A stretch of DNA of 64,000 bases, taken from positions 2,176,001-2,240,000 of the forward strand of contig OY760907.1 in NCBI GenBank assembly GCA_963664195.1, in the 5' to 3' direction. Below, piece by piece: positions 59,411 through 64,000 of the stretch; position 1 is the first letter of the stretch, and every line of letters begins with the position of its first letter. The notes under the pieces were generated by a model, which saw only the letters and a list, made by a program, of their open reading frames with translations, ran no database searches and had not been told where the DNA came from. Origin of the DNA: an uncultured candidate division Zixibacteria bacterium (GTDB lineage Bacteria > Zixibacteria > MSB-5A5 > GN15 > FEB-12). The position numbers and the translations under genes are program-made.

Positions 59411-60064
59411 GTGGTCAGCGAATTCCCCACGTTGCGCACGCGGACAAAGATCAAGGCGGACGACTTTGATCTGTCTAGGGAAATCAAGTTTGATCCCCGG
59501 CGGGGTCTGACAACCTTTCGAGGGAACCGACTAGTCATATTCGAAGCTGATGCTATCGGGTTGTTGCGTCGGAACCTCATTGATGATTTGGGCTGGGAAA
59601 CCGCTCGAGGATTCCTGCTCAGGTTTGGATTCGAGCACGGCTATTCAGAATTCTGCCACATGGATCAAAGCCACGATTTCGAGACCGAAATGGACCTTCT
59701 GGCTTCCGGCCCGGTAATTCATACCTACGAGGGATTGGTCTAGGCTACGCCCACAAAAATCAGATTCGACCGTGACAGCGGCGACTTCTATTTCTCAGGC
59801 ATCTGGACGAACTCCTACGAGGCGGAGCAGCACCTGTCGTTTCATGAGAAGTCTGAGCATCCGGTTTGCTGGACCCTGATGGGGTATGCCTCGGGATGGT
59901 GTACGGCCTTTTTGGGACGCCCGCTGCTGGCGATCGAGCCTCTTTGTGTGGGCAAAGGAGACGATCACTGCGAATGGCTGATTCAGCCGCCCGACGTCTG
60001 GGGCGATGCAGCGGGACCGTACATCAAGGCACTCGGCGATCTCTTGAAGAAGATCCGCGACTAG
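59411..60064 (+). pseudogene. Stand-alone XylR_N/V4R domain protein interrupted by an in-frame TAG (59741-59743)
   Basis: Frame continues past TAG: GPVIHTYEGLV*ATPTKIRFD...W.NSYEAEQH...PVCWTLMGYASG...EPLCVGKGDDHC; SD GGAGG. Confidence 0.8.
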
Positions 60065-60163
60065 AGTGACAGCAGACAGGGCGGAGATAGCTGCGGGACC
60101 CGCTAGGACGAGCCTGCAGCGACATCCGTGCCTTGCCGGTCTAATGACCTGCTCTTCCCGCCG

Positions 60164-60970
60164 CTACTGCTCGTAGCGGAAAGGCTCACCCATATCACCA
60201 AATGAGAAGTTGTAGAAGACGTTGTGCCCGTTGTAGTCGAGCACGCGAAGGTCATCTTCTTGCTTCACGTCGTTGGTTATGACATCAAACTGAGCGCCGT
60301 ACTTCGCCTTGACCAGATCCAGCGAGACCTCACGGGCGATGAACTTCCTGATTCCCTTGGCCTTGAGTTTTTCTATGAACCCCGGTTCCTTTACCGACGG
60401 GTATGTGGTGAGGATCAAGATCGGTCCGGTGCCGGTGAATATTACGGCTGCCTTCATCGCTGACATCACGTCTTCGCGGGCGGCGGTTCGGCCGTGAGCG
60501 CCAGCCTCCATGAGGGCGAACCGAGCCACTTTGGGATTCACCAGACGCTCAAAATCCTGGTAGGACATCTTGAGCAACTCCGTGTGGGAACCGGCGTTGA
60601 ACGCGATTTCCTTGTCTCCTACCATGCTTGCGGCCACATAAACCGGTATGTTGTAGAGACTTCCGAATGGCGGCATGGCCCCGATGTCGCTCTCCGGGAA
60701 GACGTCCTTGAACTCCTGCTCCCGGGCAAGTTCCACATTTGTCGCCCCGGTTGATTCTTTGAGCATATCGAAGTCAACCTGGTATGAAGCCGGGAGTACG
60801 GCCATGGCCATCTCACCATTGATCTTGACCATCACCGTTTTCGCCAGAACCTTACCGGAGATATGCGCCGAGGCGGCGATTTGCTGGGCCGTGAAGGCGG
60901 GTGAGTGCGAGATTTTGACGTATCGAACGTCGTTGGCGTTGAGAAAGTCCATGAGCTTTTTGACAGGCAT
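60164..60970 (-). CDS. YbaK/EbsC aminoacyl-tRNA deacylase domain fused in frame to a ~97-aa hypothetical domain
   Basis: SD AGGAGG before ATG 60970; LAKTV and GAMPPFG motifs; second module starts MKAAVIFTGTGP at 60457. Confidence 0.8.
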   Translation of the reverse strand: MPVKKLMDFLNANDVRYVKISHSPAFTAQQIAASAHISGKVLAKTVMVKINGEMAMAVLPASYQVDFDMLKESTGATNVELAREQEFKDVFPESDIGAMPPFGSLYNIPVYVAASMVGDKEIAFNAGSHTELLKMSYQDFERLVNPKVARFALMEAGAHGRTAAREDVMSAMKAAVIFTGTGPILILTTYPSVKEPGFIEKLKAKGIRKFIAREVSLDLVKAKYGAQFDVITNDVKQEDDLRVLDYNGHNVFYNFSFGDMGEPFRYEQ

Positions 60971-61358
60971 TGGAACCTCCTGACTTGTTTTGTTCCGCAC
61001 CGGCAAACTGGCTACGGCTATACATGTTACGTCGAATTCGGCAGAGATGTTGAGGGCAGAATATGGAGCGGGAGTCATGCGTGGTATTCAGGGCCGCCGA
61101 GAAACGGGGGACGGCCAACTCATACGATGCTCCGTTTTCGACGTGAACTCTGCGCCCCCCATGCTCGGAACGTGTCTGGTGTCCATTCGTGGACCTATGA
61201 AGTACGAGAAATGCGGACTCCCGTAGGAACAAAGGGTAGAGGGACGCTGTTGGACAAATAAGCGGTGTGTGATGAGATCGCCTCGCGATCATTGATGGTC
61301 CTTTGACAGTGCATGCGCCGTGCTTTCCCGGATGTTCAACAGAATAGGAGTCCTGAAC

Positions 61359-63152
61359 ATGCGCACCCCACAGATTCTGACTATTGCTTTTGTTCTGGTG
61401 CTTGGGGCGGGGGCCGCGTCTGCCCAACAGAGCCCCTGGCCGACGTTCCGCCATGACGCACAGCACACCGGTCGTACCGTTTACACCGGGGCGTCAAGGC
61501 CTGAGGTGTACTGGACTTTTGTGGCCAACGACGGTATAACTTCCTCGCCGAGCATAGGACACAACGGTACCATTTACGTGGGCGCCGGCGGTTACTACAA
61601 CGGTGGAGGCGACTCCAGCCTGTATGCGATCAATCCGGACGGCAGTCTCAAATGGCAGTTCAAAACGGACCGTGGTACGGCACACAACTCCGCGGGGATA
61701 TTTTCCTCGCCTGCGATTGCCGACGACGGCACGGTTTTTGTTGGCTCACTTGACAGCTACCTGTACGCTATCGAGGACTCTGTCACCTACGGCAAGCTGC
61801 GCTGGCGCAACAAGCTCGGTAACTGGCCGGTCTACTCGTCCCCCGTGATCAGTCCCAACGGCAACGTATACGTCGGCGGTCTGAGCTTCTATGTGTATGG
61901 TTTTGAACAAGATGGGACACAGATATGGGACTATATGACTGGCTGGTGTGTCTTCTCCTCTCCGGCACTGGCTGCTGACAACACGGTTTATTGCGGTTCC
62001 AAGGACCATCACCTTTATGCCCTCACCGATGCACCGACCGACCCGATTCTTGAGTGGCGTTACGCTGCCGGAGCGTTCTACGACGGTCACCTCATGGACT
62101 CCTCACCTTCAGTGGCAGACGACGGTACCATATTCATTGGCACTGATCCGTATGGAGCCGATGGCATCCCGCCAGTACCGGCCGACACTAATTTCTTTGC
62201 CGTCAATCCTGACGGTTCGCTCAAGTGGAAGCTGGGTATTCCGAGAGGCATTGAATCCTCACCCGCATTCGGACATGACGGTACGATCTATATAGGTTCC
62301 CACGATTCCACTCTCTGGGCTATCGAGGACATGGGGACGCATCCGGTGGTCAAGTGGACTTTCCCGACAGGCGGCGTTGTTGATGCCCCTCCCACTGTCG
62401 ATGGCGACGGTACTATTTATGTCGGGTCGCGGGACTCAACTTTGTACGCGATCAATCCGGATGGCACGTTGAAATGGTCGTTCGTCACGCAGGGTGGCAT
62501 CGAGGGCTCGGTGACGATCAACGACAACGGGTATATGTATTTTGGTTCGTTTGACGGCAACGTGTACTGTTTGGGGACGGGCGCGCCGGATGTTGGTGCC
62601 GTGTCGGTGGTACTGCCGGATTCGGTGAAGCCTGAGTCGGAGCATGTCCCTATGGCGACATTCGCTAATTATCGTGGTGCTCCAAACAGCTTCGAGGCGG
62701 TTTGCCTCATTGCAGACGACAGTGTCACTCAGTACGTTGACACCATTCAGGTTGCCAATCTTGCAGGGGGGCAGAGCACCATCCGGTCGTTTGCGCCTTG
62801 GACGGTCGGTGCCGGCATAGGCGTGGACTATGAGGTGACGATCACTACCGTGCTTGCGGGTGATGACAACTATCCCAACGACACGGTCATTGTGCACGCG
62901 ATTTCGTCGGAGACTGCCGGTTGCTGCAGCGGTCCCTCGGTGGGCAATGTGGATGGCTCTGCTGACCAGTTGGTAACAATGGGTGATCTCACCGTATTGA
63001 TCAGCCATTTGTTCATTTCCCTTGACCCGCTTGATTGTGATGAGGAAGGCAATGTCGATATGAGTCCCGACGGTCTCGTGACCATGGGAGATCTGACGGT
63101 GATGATCAGTTCACTGTTTATTGATCTGGAACCTCTGCCTGCCTGTCCTTAG
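61359..63152 (+). CDS. Secreted PQQ-like (BamB-type) beta-propeller protein with C-terminal dockerin-like double repeat
   Basis: SD AGGAG; signal peptide; WPTFRHD..HTG; repeated SSPxI..DGTIYVGS..LYAINPDG.LKW; C-terminal GNVD..TMGDLT twice. Confidence 0.88.
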   Translation: MRTPQILTIAFVLVLGAGAASAQQSPWPTFRHDAQHTGRTVYTGASRPEVYWTFVANDGITSSPSIGHNGTIYVGAGGYYNGGGDSSLYAINPDGSLKWQFKTDRGTAHNSAGIFSSPAIADDGTVFVGSLDSYLYAIEDSVTYGKLRWRNKLGNWPVYSSPVISPNGNVYVGGLSFYVYGFEQDGTQIWDYMTGWCVFSSPALAADNTVYCGSKDHHLYALTDAPTDPILEWRYAAGAFYDGHLMDSSPSVADDGTIFIGTDPYGADGIPPVPADTNFFAVNPDGSLKWKLGIPRGIESSPAFGHDGTIYIGSHDSTLWAIEDMGTHPVVKWTFPTGGVVDAPPTVDGDGTIYVGSRDSTLYAINPDGTLKWSFVTQGGIEGSVTINDNGYMYFGSFDGNVYCLGTGAPDVGAVSVVLPDSVKPESEHVPMATFANYRGAPNSFEAVCLIADDSVTQYVDTIQVANLAGGQSTIRSFAPWTVGAGIGVDYEVTITTVLAGDDNYPNDTVIVHAISSETAGCCSGPSVGNVDGSADQLVTMGDLTVLISHLFISLDPLDCDEEGNVDMSPDGLVTMGDLTVMISSLFIDLEPLPACP

Positions 63153-63487
63153 GATTCGCCGATATCGAGACAATAATTGACTTGTATGGTGAGGTGGGCA
63201 TGGTGTCCGTCCCCTGTTTTCCCGCTCTGTGAAGGCATTTGTGCTCTTTCGTCACAAATGAGCATGCTGTTCTTGATTGCGCCACGTTCCTGCCGACACT
63301 AATATAGAGAGTGAATGTCGGCCCAGGACCGGCACCTCTGGCTTTGATAATGGTAAAAGGGGTATTCCTCGTTGCGGCGATGTCGTGACAGGGCAACATT
63401 CGACTGGCGGTACGTGACCGGAATGCATGTCACAGATCACTGTCATCGAACATCTTCCGGGAATTTGACAACCTGAATTCTGGACCT

Positions 63488-64000
63488 ATGACTTCGAATC
63501 CACCAGAACGGAAACAGACCAGATGGTTCACTGTCGGTGAGCAAATCGTATTGCTGGCCGTCGGTGCACTCATCTTTGTCCTATCCCTCACTCTTGATCT
63601 CGCTAAGTACGTTCTGGCTTGGACACAGCATTTCGAGTGGCTCAAACCCGATGAATTGTTTGTTACGATTGTTTTTCTGTCTATTCCCCTGTTAATAATC
63701 ATCATTCGCAGATACCGGCATCTCAAAGCCCAGCGTGACAGGTCGGAAGCGAAACTGCGGCCGTTTATGGACTCTGCGGCGATGTACCGGGGCCTCGTTG
63801 AATACTCACCGGTTCCGATCATCGTGCATCGCGGCGGCCGTTCTGTATTTGCGAATCCCGCGACAGCCAATCTTCTCGGTGCGTCATCGCCGGAGGATAT
63901 CGTAGGCAGATCGTTGGCGGACTTCATTCACCCGGACGATGCCGTTCGAGTTGACGAGATCATGAGTCAGATGGACGAGCCCAAGGATCAGGCTCGCCGG
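63488..64000 (+). CDS. Membrane-anchored PAS-domain sensor protein (3'-truncated at window edge)
   Basis: Read directly from sequence (absent from the ORF track): MTSNPP..., 2 TM, then YRGLVEYSPVPIIVH...FANPA...LLG...GRSLADFIHPDD. Confidence 0.85.
   Translation, partial: MTSNPPERKQTRWFTVGEQIVLLAVGALIFVLSLTLDLAKYVLAWTQHFEWLKPDELFVTIVFLSIPLLIIIIRRYRHLKAQRDRSEAKLRPFMDSAAMYRGLVEYSPVPIIVHRGGRSVFANPATANLLGASSPEDIVGRSLADFIHPDDAVRVDEIMSQMDEPKDQARR

Noticed and set aside
3826..60064. Genome-wide TAG reassignment (in-frame TAG junctions at 5804, 50789, 57791, 59741)
   Set aside because: TAG ends many genes at their natural C-termini (panD, mreB, holB, pdxJ); about one junction in three is in frame by chance
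63430..63927. Minus-strand 165-aa ORF at the window end
   Set aside because: Antisense to a clear plus-strand TM-PAS reading frame from 63488 that runs off the window

Overview
A 64-kb chromosomal window from a moderately GC-rich diderm bacterium. The duplicated C-terminal dockerin-like tags on two secreted proteins suggest candidate phylum Zixibacteria; this is an inference, not a tested assignment. Most of the window is housekeeping: the 3' part of pyrG; a Wza/Wzz-type polysaccharide cluster with an acetyltransferase, two DegT aminotransferases and a GT4; a DRG-type GTPase; an M13 peptidase; panC, panD and the GlmU N-domain; rsfS and rho; ftsE-ftsX-envC-holB-ricT-metG-tatD-rsmA-pdxJ-rluD; mreB; gyrA; and lptB-rpoN-glpX-hpf. 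It also holds an NtrY/NtrX-like system, LpoB-like and COG3014 lipoproteins, and a truncated PAS sensor. I found no tRNA, rRNA, CRISPR array or transposase. The most notable observations are: (1) two unrelated secreted non-CAZyme proteins carrying the same dockerin-like double repeat; (2) an ABC-ATPase + DUF4276/TOPRIM cassette that resembles a defence module; (3) three full-length genes at conserved loci (FtsE, PdxJ, GlpX) that have lost catalytic motifs; (4) seven intergenic mosaics of GTAG/GTGG-tagged REP-like palindromes, one of which supplies a gene's stop codon; (5) a solute-binding protein/kinase/sigma54-activator operon facing a divergent promoter with two palindromic upstream sites and a -24/-12 element; (6) sigma28-like promoters, including one in front of rpoN; (7) an in-frame amber codon in an XylR_N/V4R gene next to a YbaK fusion, and a probable CTG start codon. 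All family and motif assignments were made by eye and need confirming by search.
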